Positions 11,501-22,355 of a stretch of 64,000 nt of DNA are shown here, piece after piece. The notes under the pieces are model-generated. The model was not told where the DNA came from and made no database searches. It worked only from the letters and a program-made list of their open reading frames with translations. The number at the start of each line of letters is the position of its first letter. Position 1 is the stretch's first letter. Both the position numbers and the translations under genes were made by a program. Source of the DNA: Flectonema sp. DT1601 (taxonomy: Eukaryota); NCBI GenBank assembly GCA_964019425.1, contig OZ025784.1, positions 744,001 to 808,000 of the forward strand, in the 5' to 3' direction.

Positions 11501-14500
11501 ACTTCATGCTTGTACAGTCACTAGCTGGAGCCTTGGAGTAAACGCATTCTGGGTAAGCTCCGTTGCTGCCCTTCATCATCTCACAGACGTATCCAGCATT
11601 GCACTTCATGCTAGCACAGTCACTAGCTGGAGCCTTGGAGTAAACACATTCTGGGTAAGCTCCGTTGCTTCCCTTCATCATCTCACAGACGTATCCAGCA
11701 TTGCACTTCATGCTAGCACAGTCACTAGCTGGAGTCTTGGAGTAAACACATTCTGGGTAAGCTCCGTTGTTGCCCTTCATCATCTCACAGACGTATCCAG
11801 CATTGCACTTCATGCTTGCACAGTCACTAGCTGGAGCCTTGGAGTAAACGCATTCTGGGTAAGCTCCGTTGCTGCCCTTCATCATCTCACAGACGTATCC
11901 AGCATTGCACTTCATGCTTGCACAGTCACTAGCTGGAGCCTTGGAGTAAACGCATTCTGGGTAAGCTCCGTTGTTGCCCTTCATCATCTCACAGACGTAT
12001 CCAGCATTGCACTTCATGCTTGTACAGTCACTAGCTGGAGCCTTGGAGTAAACGCATTCTGGGTAAGCTCCGTTGCTTCCCTTCATCATCTCACAGACGT
12101 ATCCAGCATTGCACTTCTTGCTTGCACAGTCACTAGCTGGAGCCTTCGAGTAAACACATTCTGGGTAAGCTCCGTTGTTGCCCTTCATCATCTCACAGAC
12201 GTATCCAGCATTGCACTTCATGCTTGCACAGTCACTAGCTGGAGCCTTGGAGTAAACACATTCTGGGTAAGCTCCGTTGCTTCCCTTCATCATCTCACAG
12301 ACGTATCCAGCATTGCACTTCTTGCTTGCACAGTCACTAGCTGGAGCCTTCGAGTAAACACATTCTGGGTAAGCTCCGTTGTTGCCCTTCATCATCTCAC
12401 AGACGTATCCAGCATTGCACTTCATGCTTGCACAGTCACTAGCTGGAGCCTTGGAGTAAACGCATTCTGGGTAAGCTCCGTTGCTGCCCTTCATCATCTC
12501 ACAGACGTATCCAGCATTGCACTTCATGCTTGCACAGTCACTAGCTGGAGCCTTGGAGTAAACGCATTCTGGGTAAGCTCCGTTGTTGCCCTTCATCATC
12601 TCACAGACGTATCCAGCATTGCACTTCATGCTTGTACAGTCACTAGCTGGAGCCTTGGAGTAAACGCATTCTGGGTAAGCTCCGTTGCTTCCCTTCATCA
12701 TCTCACAGACGTATCCAGCATTGCACTTCTTGCTTGCACAGTCACTAGCTGGAGCCTTCGAGTAAACACATTCTGGGTAAGCTCCGTTGTTGCCCTTCAT
12801 CATCTCACAGACGTATCCAGCATTGCACTTCATGCTTGCACAGTCACTAGCTGGAGCCTTGGAGTAAACGCATTCTGGGTAAGCTCCGTTGTTGCCCTTC
12901 ATCATCTCACAGACGTATCCAGCATTGCACTTCATGCTTGTACAGTCACTAGCTGGAGCCTTGGAGTAAACACATTCTGGGTAAGCTCCGTTGCTTCCCT
13001 TCATCATCTCACAGACGTATCCAGCATTGCACTTCTTGCTTGCACAGTCACTAGCTGGAGCCTTCGAGTAAACACATTCTGGGTAAGCTCCGTTGTTGCC
13101 CTTCATCATCTCACAGACGTATCCAGCATTGCACTTCATGCTTGCACAGTCACTAGCTGGAGCCTTCGAGTAAACACATTCTGGGTAAGCTCCGTTGTTG
13201 CCCTTCATCATCTCACAGACGTATCCAGCATTGCACTTCATGCTTGCACAGTCACTAGCTGGAGCCTTGGAGTAAACGCATTCTGGGTAAGCTCCGTTGT
13301 TGCCCTTCATCATCTCACAGACGTATCCAGCATTGCACTTCATGCTTGTACAGTCACTAGCTGGAGCCTTGGAGTAAACACATTCTGGGTAAGCTCCGTT
13401 GCTTCCCTTCATCATCTCACAGACGTATCCAGCATTGCACTTCTTGCTTGCACAGTCACTAGCTGGAGCCTTCGAGTAAACACATTCTGGGTAAGCTCCG
13501 TTGCTGCCCTTCATCATCTCACAGACGTATCCAGCATTGCACTTCATGCTTGTACAGTCACTAGCTGGAGCCTTGGAGTAAACACATTCTGGGTAAGCTC
13601 CGTTGTTGCCCTTCATCATCTCACAGACGTATCCAGCATTGCACTTCTTGCTTGCACAGTCACTAGCTGGAGCCTTGGAGTAAACACATTCTGGGTAAGC
13701 TCCGTTGCTTCCCTTCATCATCTCACAGACGTATCCAGCATTGCACTTCATGCTTGCACAGTCACTAGCTGGAGCCTTGGAGTAAACACATTCTGGGTAA
13801 GCTCCGTTGTTGCCCTTCATCATCTCACAGACGTATCCAGCATTGCACTTCATGCTTGCACAGTCACTAGCTGGAGCCTTGGAGTAAACACATTCTGGGT
13901 AAGCTCCGTTGCTTCCCTTCATCATCTCACAGACGTATCCAGCATTGCACTTCATGCTTGCACAGTCACTAGCTGGAGCCTTGGAGTAAACACATTCTGG
14001 GTAAGCTCCGTTGCTTCCCTTCATCATCTCACAGACGTATCCAGCATTGCACTTCATGCTTGCACAGTCACTAGCTGGAGCCTTGGAGTAAACACATTCT
14101 GGGTAAGCTCCGTTGCTTCCCTTCATCATCTCACAGACGTATCCAGCATTGCACTTCATGCTTGCACAGTCACTAGCTGGAGCCTTGGAGTAAACACATT
14201 CTGGGTAAGCTCCGTTGCTTCCCTTCATCATCTCACAGACGTATCCAGCATTGCACTTCTTGCTTGCACAGTCACTAGCTGGAGCCTTGGAGTAAACACA
14301 TTCTGGGTAAGCTCCGTTGTTGCCCTTCATCATCTCACAGACGTATCCAGCATTGCATTTCATGCTTGCACAGTCACTAGCTGGAGCCTTGGAGTAAACA
14401 CATTCTGGGTAAGCTCCGTTGTTGCCCTTCATCATCTCACAGACGTATCCAGCATTGCATTGCATGCTTGCACAGTCACTAGCTGGAGCCTTGGAGTAAA

Positions 14501-14636
14501 CGCATTCTGGGTAAGCTCCGTTGCTGCCCTTCATCATCTCACAGACGTATCCAGCATTGCACTTCATGCTCGCACAATCAGCAGTATGCTGGCAGTGAAC
14601 CATGGAAGCTACCAGGCATAAGATCAGAATTCTCAT
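8526..14636 (-). CDS. Large Cys-rich type-I membrane/surface protein, copy 2 (2036 aa, 38 repeats)
   Basis: Same N- and C-terminal regions as copy 1; 340 aa shorter = exactly 10 repeats. Confidence 0.9.
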   Translation of the reverse strand: MRILILCLVASMVHCQHTADCASMKCNAGYVCEMMKGSNGAYPECVYSKAPASDCASMQCNAGYVCEMMKGNNGAYPECVYSKAPASDCASMKCNAGYVCEMMKGNNGAYPECVYSKAPASDCASKKCNAGYVCEMMKGSNGAYPECVYSKAPASDCASMKCNAGYVCEMMKGSNGAYPECVYSKAPASDCASMKCNAGYVCEMMKGSNGAYPECVYSKAPASDCASMKCNAGYVCEMMKGSNGAYPECVYSKAPASDCASMKCNAGYVCEMMKGNNGAYPECVYSKAPASDCASMKCNAGYVCEMMKGSNGAYPECVYSKAPASDCASKKCNAGYVCEMMKGNNGAYPECVYSKAPASDCTSMKCNAGYVCEMMKGSNGAYPECVYSKAPASDCASKKCNAGYVCEMMKGSNGAYPECVYSKAPASDCTSMKCNAGYVCEMMKGNNGAYPECVYSKAPASDCASMKCNAGYVCEMMKGNNGAYPECVYSKAPASDCASMKCNAGYVCEMMKGNNGAYPECVYSKAPASDCASKKCNAGYVCEMMKGSNGAYPECVYSKAPASDCTSMKCNAGYVCEMMKGNNGAYPECVYSKAPASDCASMKCNAGYVCEMMKGNNGAYPECVYSKAPASDCASKKCNAGYVCEMMKGSNGAYPECVYSKAPASDCTSMKCNAGYVCEMMKGNNGAYPECVYSKAPASDCASMKCNAGYVCEMMKGSNGAYPECVYSKAPASDCASMKCNAGYVCEMMKGNNGAYPECVYSKAPASDCASKKCNAGYVCEMMKGSNGAYPECVYSKAPASDCASMKCNAGYVCEMMKGNNGAYPECVYSKAPASDCASKKCNAGYVCEMMKGSNGAYPECVYSKAPASDCTSMKCNAGYVCEMMKGNNGAYPECVYSKAPASDCASMKCNAGYVCEMMKGSNGAYPECVYSKAPASDCASMKCNAGYVCEMMKGNNGAYPECVYSKTPASDCASMKCNAGYVCEMMKGSNGAYPECVYSKAPASDCASMKCNAGYVCEMMKGSNGAYPECVYSKAPASDCTSMKCNAGYVCEMMKGNNGAYPECVYSKAPASDCASMKCNAGYVCEMMKGSNGAYPECVYSKAPASDCASMKCNAGYVCEMMKGSNGAYPECVYSKAPASDCASMKCNAGYVCEMMKGNNGAYPECVYSKAPASDCASMKCNAGYVCEMMKGNNGAYPECVYSKAPASDCASMKCNAGYVCEMMKGSNGAYPECVYSKAPASDCASMKCNAGYVCEMMKGSNGAYPECVYSKAPASDCASMKCNAGYVCEMMKGSNGAYPECVAVVSKMNCKNNEDCGEDEFCRSESISSGKCGTEMVCVKRSKEGESCGGFKPSCEYDICLSSLKCITKEDNINLPGSCMKSMLSEDDVCRIDSGRIISMDRSSDCPAGTKCTRDVNSKEYFCVKSNAIRCNPYSCKEGEYCSVEGGNVKCIAPKIDEKCDLKTNNVVLCGAGRTCKKGYSCTGCQQTCKCDVNGKKVCSKDCRPSCEKIEVKSECLAESVSKWNSLGCKTFSCYNSVKSPSLEEMRYCCEKTGRYCKEDEKDQFDCRSDPKGWRFAQRKWCCEEKQVGCPIAMYDCSVDDASMEIVKNAEGLLQTSVVDVTMWDEKKAAYCCEKFQVGCVVDEDAFDCEWSEKTAAAWSEEQSDWCCFVKGVRCPDVAAADVKVNEKCQVMRAERASWDELTRMDCCLSDGVGCATEKFDCFSDSKAMSDWGSDQVEWCCNEENIACSVDCRADAGLLSEEEKMGCCNSKGLHCKEVEDDEVVDSHTEKTSNKRKPFRLSFKGSYSKIMENPKRFLRKLRRTIMRVTKELESSNLMIKYVGSLMKDNIVPAKDVREKWGTSIPSSWNTELFKKELSKNREVKTLGHGVSSTKDQQSVGDSGMFVDFEVTDESAAVLNTAVTESGNGAGLLRDNGDGSTLIMEPVGNGMESLNSPKTSTEDNVVKDSSNDNNNNIIYIIVGVVASLCLGGALVAFTIYRKQQNNETNCDSFLTTMQEMEADNNNDKVTAAVSRI
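10728..14579 (-). repeat. Intragenic 102-bp tandem repeat, 38 units
   Basis: Same unit as in copy 1. Confidence 0.95.
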
Positions 14637-15632
14637 TGTATATAGGTGTTGTAAACTGAATTAAATGATAATTTGGTGATATTTTGTTCAGAAATAATGT
14701 TCACAAAAGAACAGTCACAGAAGTAATTATTTGCTACCGAAACATGCTGCAGCTATGAATAAGAATATAAAAATTAAAAACTTTGATGGGAATTCTTACT
14801 TTGGTACAAACATTACAGTCACCCTATAAACTTGTTCATGAAATAAGCTTCTTTGATTATCATTTATTGACCTGAGAAAAAGAAACAAAGAATCAAAACC
14901 AAACGATAACAGTCCCGACAATAAAATAGATCTCTGAGAATGAATAATATCACAAAAAGAGAGTAGAGTAATGCTACCATGAATTTGAATTGAAATAAAC
15001 AAATATAAATATTTAAATATTCGACAGCAGAAGAGGAAAGGGAAATAAAATTACAAAGCCTGTCGGCAATGTTAAGAAATATTATTAAAATTCGAATTTG
15101 TTTCCATTCAAATGTGATTCACTGAAAGTTATTGAGAACGGAGAGCGCGTCAAACAAAGGGGAAACATTCCCAGAAACACTCTTAATGTTCTCAAAGAAG
15201 AAAAGAAACGTAATAAATTTACCCGCCAGATGATCTTCAGTACAGGAGACTGATATACCACAGGATAAAATACAGAATGAGATGGAAGAAAAAAAAAGAA
15301 AAAAAAACGTAACGTTTACAGTACAACAATCCAATTTTTACACAACGCTGAAATGCTTTCAACTTGTGAGGAAGAAACCTCGGCAATTAGAACTGGATGG
15401 TGAACTGTAAGTTTATTATTGTGAAAGACTATCGACATTTTAAAACATCGAAACTTCTTTTCAGTACAAGAAGAAAGTTGAGAGGGAGAAGTTTTCCATC
15501 ACATACCCGCAATCAAACGGGTTATGAATAAAGTACATCTTACACTTCCGAGTAATCCGAAAGCAAGAAAGATACTTTTTTTTTTGTAAAACATAGATTC
15601 ATGAATCAAAAAGTCAACAACCGATAACTTTA

Positions 15633-18600
15633 TTAAATCCTGGAAACAGCAGCAGTGACTTTGTCATTGTTATTGTCAGCCTCCATCTCTTGCATAGTAG
15701 TTAGGAAGCTATCGCAATTAGTTTCGTTATTTTGTTGCTTTCGGTAGATGGTGAAGGCAACCAGAGCACCACCTAAGCAAAGGGAAGCAACAACACCAAC
15801 AATAATGTATATAATGTTATTGTTGTTGTCATTGCTGCTATCCTTTACCACGTTGTCTTCTGTTGATGTTTTAGGTGAATTGAGAGATTCCATTCCGTTT
15901 CCAACAGGTTCCATTATCAAAGTGCTGCCGTCACCATTGTCTCTAAGTAGACCAGCACCGTTACCTGACTCAGTTACCGCGGTATTCAATACAGCAGCAC
16001 TCTCGTCAGTGACTTCGAAATCAACGAACATCCCGGAATCTCCAACAGACTGCTGGTCCTTGGTTGAGCTGACACCGTGTCCGAGAGTCTTCACTTCCCT
16101 GTTTTTACTCAACTCCTTTTTAAACAATTCAGTGTTCCACGATGAAGGAATAGAAGTACCCCACTTCTCTCTCACATCCTTAGCAGGAACGATGTTGTCT
16201 TTCATCAGACTCCCAACGTACTTGATCATCAGATTCGATGACTCCAATTCTTTTGTAACTCGCATGATGGTTCTTCTTAACTTTCTTAGAAACCTCTTCG
16301 GGTTTTCCATAATCTTTGAATACGATCCCTTGAATGACAGACGGAACGGTTTCCTTTTGTTGCTTGTCTTCTCCGTATGGCTGTCCACTACTTCGTCATC
16401 CTCAACCTCTTTGCAGTGAAGGCCCTTGGAATTGCAGCAACCCATCTTCTCCTCCTCACTGAGAAGGCCCGCATCAGCTCGGCAGTCAACTGAACACGCG
16501 ATGTTCTCTTCGTTGCAACACCACTCAACCTGATCGCTTCCCCAATCAGACATTGCTTTCGAATCGCTGAAGCAGTCGAACTTCTCCGTCGCACAACCGA
16601 CACCATCACTGAGACAACAATCCATTCTCGTCAGCTCATCCCACGATGCACGTTCTGCACGCATTACTTGGCACTTCTCGTTCACCTTCACATCCGCTGC
16701 CGCAACATCCGGACAACGAACTCCCTTCACAAAGCAGCACCAATCCGATTGTTCTTCACTCCAAGCAGCAGCAGTCTTCTCACTCCACTCGCAATCGAAC
16801 GCATCCTCGTCAACAACGCATCCGACTTGAAACTTCTCACAGCAGTACGCAGCCTTCTTCTCGTCCCACATCGTCACGTCCACAACCGAAGTCTGCAACA
16901 ATCCCTCAGCGTTCTTCACAATCTCCATCGACGCATCATCAACACTGCAGTCATACATTGCTATTGGACATCCTACTTGTTTTTCTTCACAGCACCACTT
17001 TCTCTGAGCAAATCTCCATCCCTTTGGGTCTGATCTGCAGTCAAACTGATCCTTCTCGTCTTCCTTGCAGTACCTACCAGTCTTCTCACAGCAATACCTC
17101 ATCTCTTCCAGAGAAGGTGATTTCACAGAATTGTAGCAACTGAAAGTCTTGCATCCCAACGAGTTCCATTTCGACACCGACTCCGCAAGACACTCCGACT
17201 TTTCTTCAATTTTTTCACACGTTGGTCTGCAATCTTTGCTGCAAACCTTCTTCCCGTTCACATCACACTTGCACGTCTGCTGGCATCCAGTACACGAATA
17301 CCCCTTCTTGCATGTTCTACCAGCTCCACACAACACTACATTGTTTGTCTTCAGGTCACACTTCTCATCAATTTTAGGAGCAATACACTTCACATTACCT
17401 CCTTCAACAGAACAATACTCACCTTCTTTACATGAATACGGGTTGCATCTGATTGCGTTACTCTTTACACAGAAATATTCCTTGGAATTCACATCTCTCG
17501 TACACTTCGTTCCTGCAGGGCAATCAGAACTACGATCCATTGAAATAATCCTTCCACTGTCAATACGACAGACGTCATCTTCTGAGAGCATCGATTTCAT
17601 ACAACTACCAGGGAGGTTAATATTGTCTTCCTTTGTAATACACTTCAATGATGATAAACAAATATCATATTCACATGATGGTTTGAATCCTCCACAAGAC
17701 TCTCCTTCTTTAGATCTCTTCACACAAACCATTTCAGTACCACACTTTCCTGAACTGATAGACTCTGAACGACAGAATTCTTCTTCTCCGCAGTCTTCAT
17801 TATTCTTACAATTCATCTTACTAACTACAGCAACACATTCTGGGTAAGCTCCGTTGCTTCCCTTCATCATCTCACAGACGTATCCAGCATTGCACTTCAT
17901 GCTTGCACAGTCACTAGCTGGAGCCTTGGAGTAAACGCATTCTGGGTAAGCTCCGTTGCTTCCCTTCATCATCTCACAGACGTATCTAGCATTGCATTTC
18001 ATGCTTGCACAGTCACTAGCTGGAGCCTTGGAGTAAACGCATTCTGGGTAAGCTCCGTTGCTTCCCTTCATCATCTCACAGACGTATCCAGCATTGCACT
18101 TCATGCTTGCACAGTCACTAGCTGGAGACTTGGAGTAAACACATTCTGGGTAAGCTCCGTTACTTCCCTTCATCATCTCACAGACGTATCCAGCATTGCA
18201 CTTCATGCTTGCACAGTCACTAGCTGGAGACTTGGAGTAAACACATTCTGGGTAAGCTCCGTTGCTTCCCTTCATCATCTCACAGACGTATCCAGCATTG
18301 CACTTCATGCTTGCACAGTCACTAGCTGGAGACTTGGAGTAAACGCATTCTGGGTAAGCTCCGTTGTTGCCCTTCATCATCTCACAGACGTATCCAGCAT
18401 TGCACTTCATGCTTGCACAGTCACTAGCTGGAGACTTGGAGTAAACACATTCTGGGTAAGCTCCGTTGCTTCCCTTCATCATCTCACAGACGTATCCAGC
18501 ATTGCACTTCATGCTAGCACAGTCACTAGCTGGAGACTTGGAGTAAACACATTCTGGGTAAGCTCCGTTGCTTCCCTTCATCATCTCACAGACGTATCCA

Positions 18601-21600
18601 GCATTGCACTTCATGCTTGTACAGTCACTAGCTGGAGACTTGGAGTAAACGCATTCTGGGTAAGCTCCGTTGTTGCCCTTCATCATCTCACAGACGTATC
18701 CAGCATTGCACTTCATGCTTGCACAGTCACTAGCTGGAGACTTGGAGTAAACACATTCTGGGTAAGCTCCGTTGCTTCCCTTCATCATCTCACAGACGTA
18801 TCCAGCATTGCACTTCATGCTAGCACAGTCACTAGCTGGAGACTTGGAGTAAACACATTCTGGGTAAGCTCCGTTGCTTCCCTTCATCATCTCACAGACG
18901 TATCCAGCATTGCACTTCATGCTTGTACAGTCACTAGCTGGAGACTTGGAGTAAACGCATTCTGGGTAAGCTCCGTTGTTGCCCTTCATCATCTCACAGA
19001 CGTATCCAGCATTGCACTTCATGCTTGCACAGTCACTAGCTGGAGACTTGGAGTAAACACATTCTGGGTAAGCTCCGTTGCTTCCCTTCATCATCTCACA
19101 GACGTATCCAGCATTGCACTTCATGCTAGCACAGTCACTAGCTGGAGACTTGGAGTAAACACATTCTGGGTAAGCTCCGTTGCTTCCCTTCATCATCTCA
19201 CAGACGTATCCAGCATTGCACTTCATGCTTGCACAGTCACTAGCTGGAGACTTGGAGTAAACACATTCTGGGTAAGCTCCGTTGCTTCCCTTCATCATCT
19301 CACAGACGTATCCAGCATTGCACTTCATGCTTGTACAGTCACTAGCTGGAGCCTTGGAGTAAACACATCCTGGGTAAGCTCCGTTGCTTCCCTTCATCAT
19401 CTCACAGACGTATCCAGCATTGCACTTCATGCTTGTACAGTCACTAGCTGGAGCCTTGGAGTAAACGCATTCTGGGTAAGCTCCGTTGCTGCCCTTCATC
19501 ATCTCACAGACGTATCCAGCATTGCACTTCATGCTTGCACAGTCACTAGCTGGAGCCTTGGAGTAAACGCATTCTGGGTAAGCTCCGTTGCTGCCCTTCA
19601 TCATCTCACAGACGTATCCAGCATTGCACTTCATGCTTGCACAGTCACTAGCTGGAGCCTTGGAGTAAACGCATTCCGGGTAAGCTCCGTTGCTTCCCTT
19701 CATCATCTCACAGACGTATCCAGCATTGCACTTCATGCTTGCACAGTCACTAGCTGGAGCCTTGGAGTAAACGCATTCCGGGTAAGCTCCGTTGCTTCCC
19801 TTCATCATCTCACAGACGTATCCAGCATTGCACTTCATGCTTGTACAGTCACTAGCTGGAGCCTTGGAGTAAACGCATTCTGGGTAAGCTCCGTTGCTGC
19901 CCTTCATCATCTCACAGACGTATCCAGCATTGCACTTCATGCTTGCACAGTCACTAGCTGGAGACTTGGAGTAAACACATTCTGGGTAAGCTCCGTTGCT
20001 TCCCTTCATCATCTCACAGACGTATCCAGCATTGCACTTCATGCTTGCACAGTCACTAGCTGGAGCCTTGGAGTAAACGCATTCTGGGTAAGCTCCGTTG
20101 CTTCCCTTCATCATCTCACAGACGTATCCAGCATTGCATTTCATGCTTGCACAGTCACTAGCTGGAGACTTGGAGTAAACACATTCTGGGTAAGCTCCGT
20201 TGCTTCCCTTCATCATCTCACAGACGTATCCAGCATTGCACTTCATGCTTGCACAGTCACTAGCTGGAGACTTGGAGTAAACACATTCTGGGTAAGCTCC
20301 GTTGCTTCCCTTCATCATCTCACAGACGTATCCAGCATTGCACTTCATGCTTGTACAGTCACTAGCTGGAGACTTGGAGTAAACGCATTCTGGGTAAGCT
20401 CCGTTGTTGCCCTTCATCATCTCACAGACGTATCCAGCATTGCACTTCATGCTTGCACAGTCACTAGCTGGAGACTTGGAGTAAACACATTCTGGGTAAG
20501 CTCCGTTGCTTCCCTTCATCATCTCACAGACGTATCCAGCATTGCACTTCATGCTAGCACAGTCACTAGCTGGAGACTTGGAGTAAACACATTCTGGGTA
20601 AGCTCCGTTGCTTCCCTTCATCATCTCACAGACGTATCCAGCATTGCACTTCATGCTTGCACAGTCACTAGCTGGAGACTTGGAGTAAACACATTCTGGG
20701 TAAGCTCCGTTGCTTCCCTTCATCATCTCACAGACGTATCCAGCATTGCACTTCATGCTTGCACAGTCACTAGCTGGAGCCTTGGAGTAAACGCATTCTG
20801 GGTAAGCTCCGTTGCTTCCCTTCATCATCTCACAGACGTATCCAGCATTGCACTTCATGCTTGCACAGTCACTAGCTGGAGCCTTGGAGTAAACGCATTC
20901 TGGGTAAGCTCCGTTGCTTCCCTTCATCATCTCACAGACGTATCCAGCATTGCACTTCTTGCTTGCACAGTCACTAGTTGGAGACTTGGAGTAAACACAT
21001 TCTGGGTAAGCTCCGTTGCTTCCCTTCATCATCTCACAGACGTATCCAGCATTGCACTTCATGCTTGCACAGTCACTAGCTGGAGCCTTGGAGTAAACAC
21101 ATTCTGGGTAAGCTCCGTTGCTTCCCTTCATCATCTCACAGACGTATCCAGCATTGCACTTCTTGCTTGCACAGTCACTAGTTGGAGACTTGGAGTAAAC
21201 ACATTCTGGGTAAGCTCCGTTGCTTCCCTTCATCATCTCACAGACGTATCCAGCATTGCACTTCTTGCTTGCACAGTCACTAGCTGGAGACTTGGAGTAA
21301 ACACATTCTGGGTAAGCTCCGTTGTTGCCCTTCATCATCTCACAGACGTATCCTGCATTGCACTTCATGCTTGTACAGTCACTAGCTGGAGCCTTGGAGT
21401 AAACGCATTCTGGGTAAGCTCCGTTGCTTCCCTTCATCATCTCACAGACGTATCCAGCATTGCACTTCATGCTTGCACAGTCACTAGCTGGAGCCTTGGA
21501 GTAAACACATTCTGGGTAAGCTCCGTTGCTTCCCTTCATCATCTCACAGACGTATCCAGCATTGCACTTCATGCTTGCACAGTCACTAGCTGGAGCCTTG

Positions 21601-22355
21601 GAGTAAACACATTTTGGGTAAGCTCCGTTGTTGCCCTTCATCATCTCACAGACGTATCCAGCATTGCACTTCATGCTTGCACAGTCACTAGCTGGAGCCT
21701 TGGAGTAAACACATTCTGGGTAAGCTCCGTTGCTTCCCTTCATCATCTCACAGACGTATCCAGCATTGCACTTCATGCTTGCACAGTCACTAGCTGGAGC
21801 CTTGGAGTAAACGCATTCTGGGTAAGCTCCGTTGTTGCCCTTCATCATCTCACAGACGTATCCTGCATTGCACTTCATGCTTGTACAGTCACTAGCTGGA
21901 GCCTTGGAGTAAACACATTCTGGGTAAGCTCCGTTGTTGCCCTTCATCATCTCACAGACATATCCAGCATTGCACTTCATGCTTGCACAGTCACTAGCTG
22001 GAGCCTTGGAGTAAACACATTCTGGGTAAGCTCCGTTGTTGCCCTTCATCATCTCACAGACATATCCAGCATTGCACTTCATGCTTGCACAGTCACTAGC
22101 TGGAGCCTTCGAGTAAACACATTCTGGGTAAGCTCCGTTGCTTCCCTTCATCATCTCACAGACGTATCCAGCATTGCACTTCTTGCTTGCACAGTCACTA
22201 GCTGGAGCCTTGGAGTAAACGCATTCTGGGTAAGCTCCGTTGCTTCCCTTCATCATCTCACAGACGTATCCAGCATTGCACTTCATGCTCGCACAATCAG
22301 CAGTAGGCTGGCAGTGAACCATGGAAGCTACCAGGCATAAGATCAGAATTCTCAT
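15633..22355 (-). CDS. Large Cys-rich type-I membrane/surface protein, copy 3 (2240 aa, 44 repeats)
   Basis: Same architecture; 136 aa shorter than copy 1 = 4 repeats; carries its own repeat variants (KSPAS, KSPTS) and a few unique-region substitutions. Confidence 0.9.
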   Translation of the reverse strand: MRILILCLVASMVHCQPTADCASMKCNAGYVCEMMKGSNGAYPECVYSKAPASDCASKKCNAGYVCEMMKGSNGAYPECVYSKAPASDCASMKCNAGYVCEMMKGNNGAYPECVYSKAPASDCASMKCNAGYVCEMMKGNNGAYPECVYSKAPASDCTSMKCNAGYVCEMMKGNNGAYPECVYSKAPASDCASMKCNAGYVCEMMKGSNGAYPECVYSKAPASDCASMKCNAGYVCEMMKGNNGAYPKCVYSKAPASDCASMKCNAGYVCEMMKGSNGAYPECVYSKAPASDCASMKCNAGYVCEMMKGSNGAYPECVYSKAPASDCTSMKCNAGYVCEMMKGNNGAYPECVYSKSPASDCASKKCNAGYVCEMMKGSNGAYPECVYSKSPTSDCASKKCNAGYVCEMMKGSNGAYPECVYSKAPASDCASMKCNAGYVCEMMKGSNGAYPECVYSKSPTSDCASKKCNAGYVCEMMKGSNGAYPECVYSKAPASDCASMKCNAGYVCEMMKGSNGAYPECVYSKAPASDCASMKCNAGYVCEMMKGSNGAYPECVYSKSPASDCASMKCNAGYVCEMMKGSNGAYPECVYSKSPASDCASMKCNAGYVCEMMKGSNGAYPECVYSKSPASDCASMKCNAGYVCEMMKGNNGAYPECVYSKSPASDCTSMKCNAGYVCEMMKGSNGAYPECVYSKSPASDCASMKCNAGYVCEMMKGSNGAYPECVYSKSPASDCASMKCNAGYVCEMMKGSNGAYPECVYSKAPASDCASMKCNAGYVCEMMKGSNGAYPECVYSKSPASDCASMKCNAGYVCEMMKGSNGAYPECVYSKAPASDCTSMKCNAGYVCEMMKGSNGAYPECVYSKAPASDCASMKCNAGYVCEMMKGSNGAYPECVYSKAPASDCASMKCNAGYVCEMMKGSNGAYPECVYSKAPASDCASMKCNAGYVCEMMKGSNGAYPECVYSKAPASDCTSMKCNAGYVCEMMKGSNGAYPGCVYSKAPASDCTSMKCNAGYVCEMMKGSNGAYPECVYSKSPASDCASMKCNAGYVCEMMKGSNGAYPECVYSKSPASDCASMKCNAGYVCEMMKGSNGAYPECVYSKSPASDCASMKCNAGYVCEMMKGNNGAYPECVYSKSPASDCTSMKCNAGYVCEMMKGSNGAYPECVYSKSPASDCASMKCNAGYVCEMMKGSNGAYPECVYSKSPASDCASMKCNAGYVCEMMKGNNGAYPECVYSKSPASDCTSMKCNAGYVCEMMKGSNGAYPECVYSKSPASDCASMKCNAGYVCEMMKGSNGAYPECVYSKSPASDCASMKCNAGYVCEMMKGNNGAYPECVYSKSPASDCASMKCNAGYVCEMMKGSNGAYPECVYSKSPASDCASMKCNAGYVCEMMKGSNGAYPECVYSKSPASDCASMKCNAGYVCEMMKGSNGAYPECVYSKAPASDCASMKCNARYVCEMMKGSNGAYPECVYSKAPASDCASMKCNAGYVCEMMKGSNGAYPECVAVVSKMNCKNNEDCGEEEFCRSESISSGKCGTEMVCVKRSKEGESCGGFKPSCEYDICLSSLKCITKEDNINLPGSCMKSMLSEDDVCRIDSGRIISMDRSSDCPAGTKCTRDVNSKEYFCVKSNAIRCNPYSCKEGEYCSVEGGNVKCIAPKIDEKCDLKTNNVVLCGAGRTCKKGYSCTGCQQTCKCDVNGKKVCSKDCRPTCEKIEEKSECLAESVSKWNSLGCKTFSCYNSVKSPSLEEMRYCCEKTGRYCKEDEKDQFDCRSDPKGWRFAQRKWCCEEKQVGCPIAMYDCSVDDASMEIVKNAEGLLQTSVVDVTMWDEKKAAYCCEKFQVGCVVDEDAFDCEWSEKTAAAWSEEQSDWCCFVKGVRCPDVAAADVKVNEKCQVMRAERASWDELTRMDCCLSDGVGCATEKFDCFSDSKAMSDWGSDQVEWCCNEENIACSVDCRADAGLLSEEEKMGCCNSKGLHCKEVEDDEVVDSHTEKTSNKRKPFRLSFKGSYSKIMENPKRFLRKLRRTIMRVTKELESSNLMIKYVGSLMKDNIVPAKDVREKWGTSIPSSWNTELFKKELSKNREVKTLGHGVSSTKDQQSVGDSGMFVDFEVTDESAAVLNTAVTESGNGAGLLRDNGDGSTLIMEPVGNGMESLNSPKTSTEDNVVKDSSNDNNNNIIYIIVGVVASLCLGGALVAFTIYRKQQNNETNCDSFLTTMQEMEADNNNDKVTAAVSRI
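17835..22298 (-). repeat. Intragenic 102-bp tandem repeat, 44 units
   Basis: Same unit; many GAGACTTGG (Ser) variants. Confidence 0.95.

Noticed and set aside
514..17847. Plus-strand and alternate-frame ORFs (223, 165, 121, 232, 73 aa) overlapping each surface-protein gene
   Set aside because: Antisense or off-frame shadows of the long ORF; repeated only because the gene is repeated; no domain signal.
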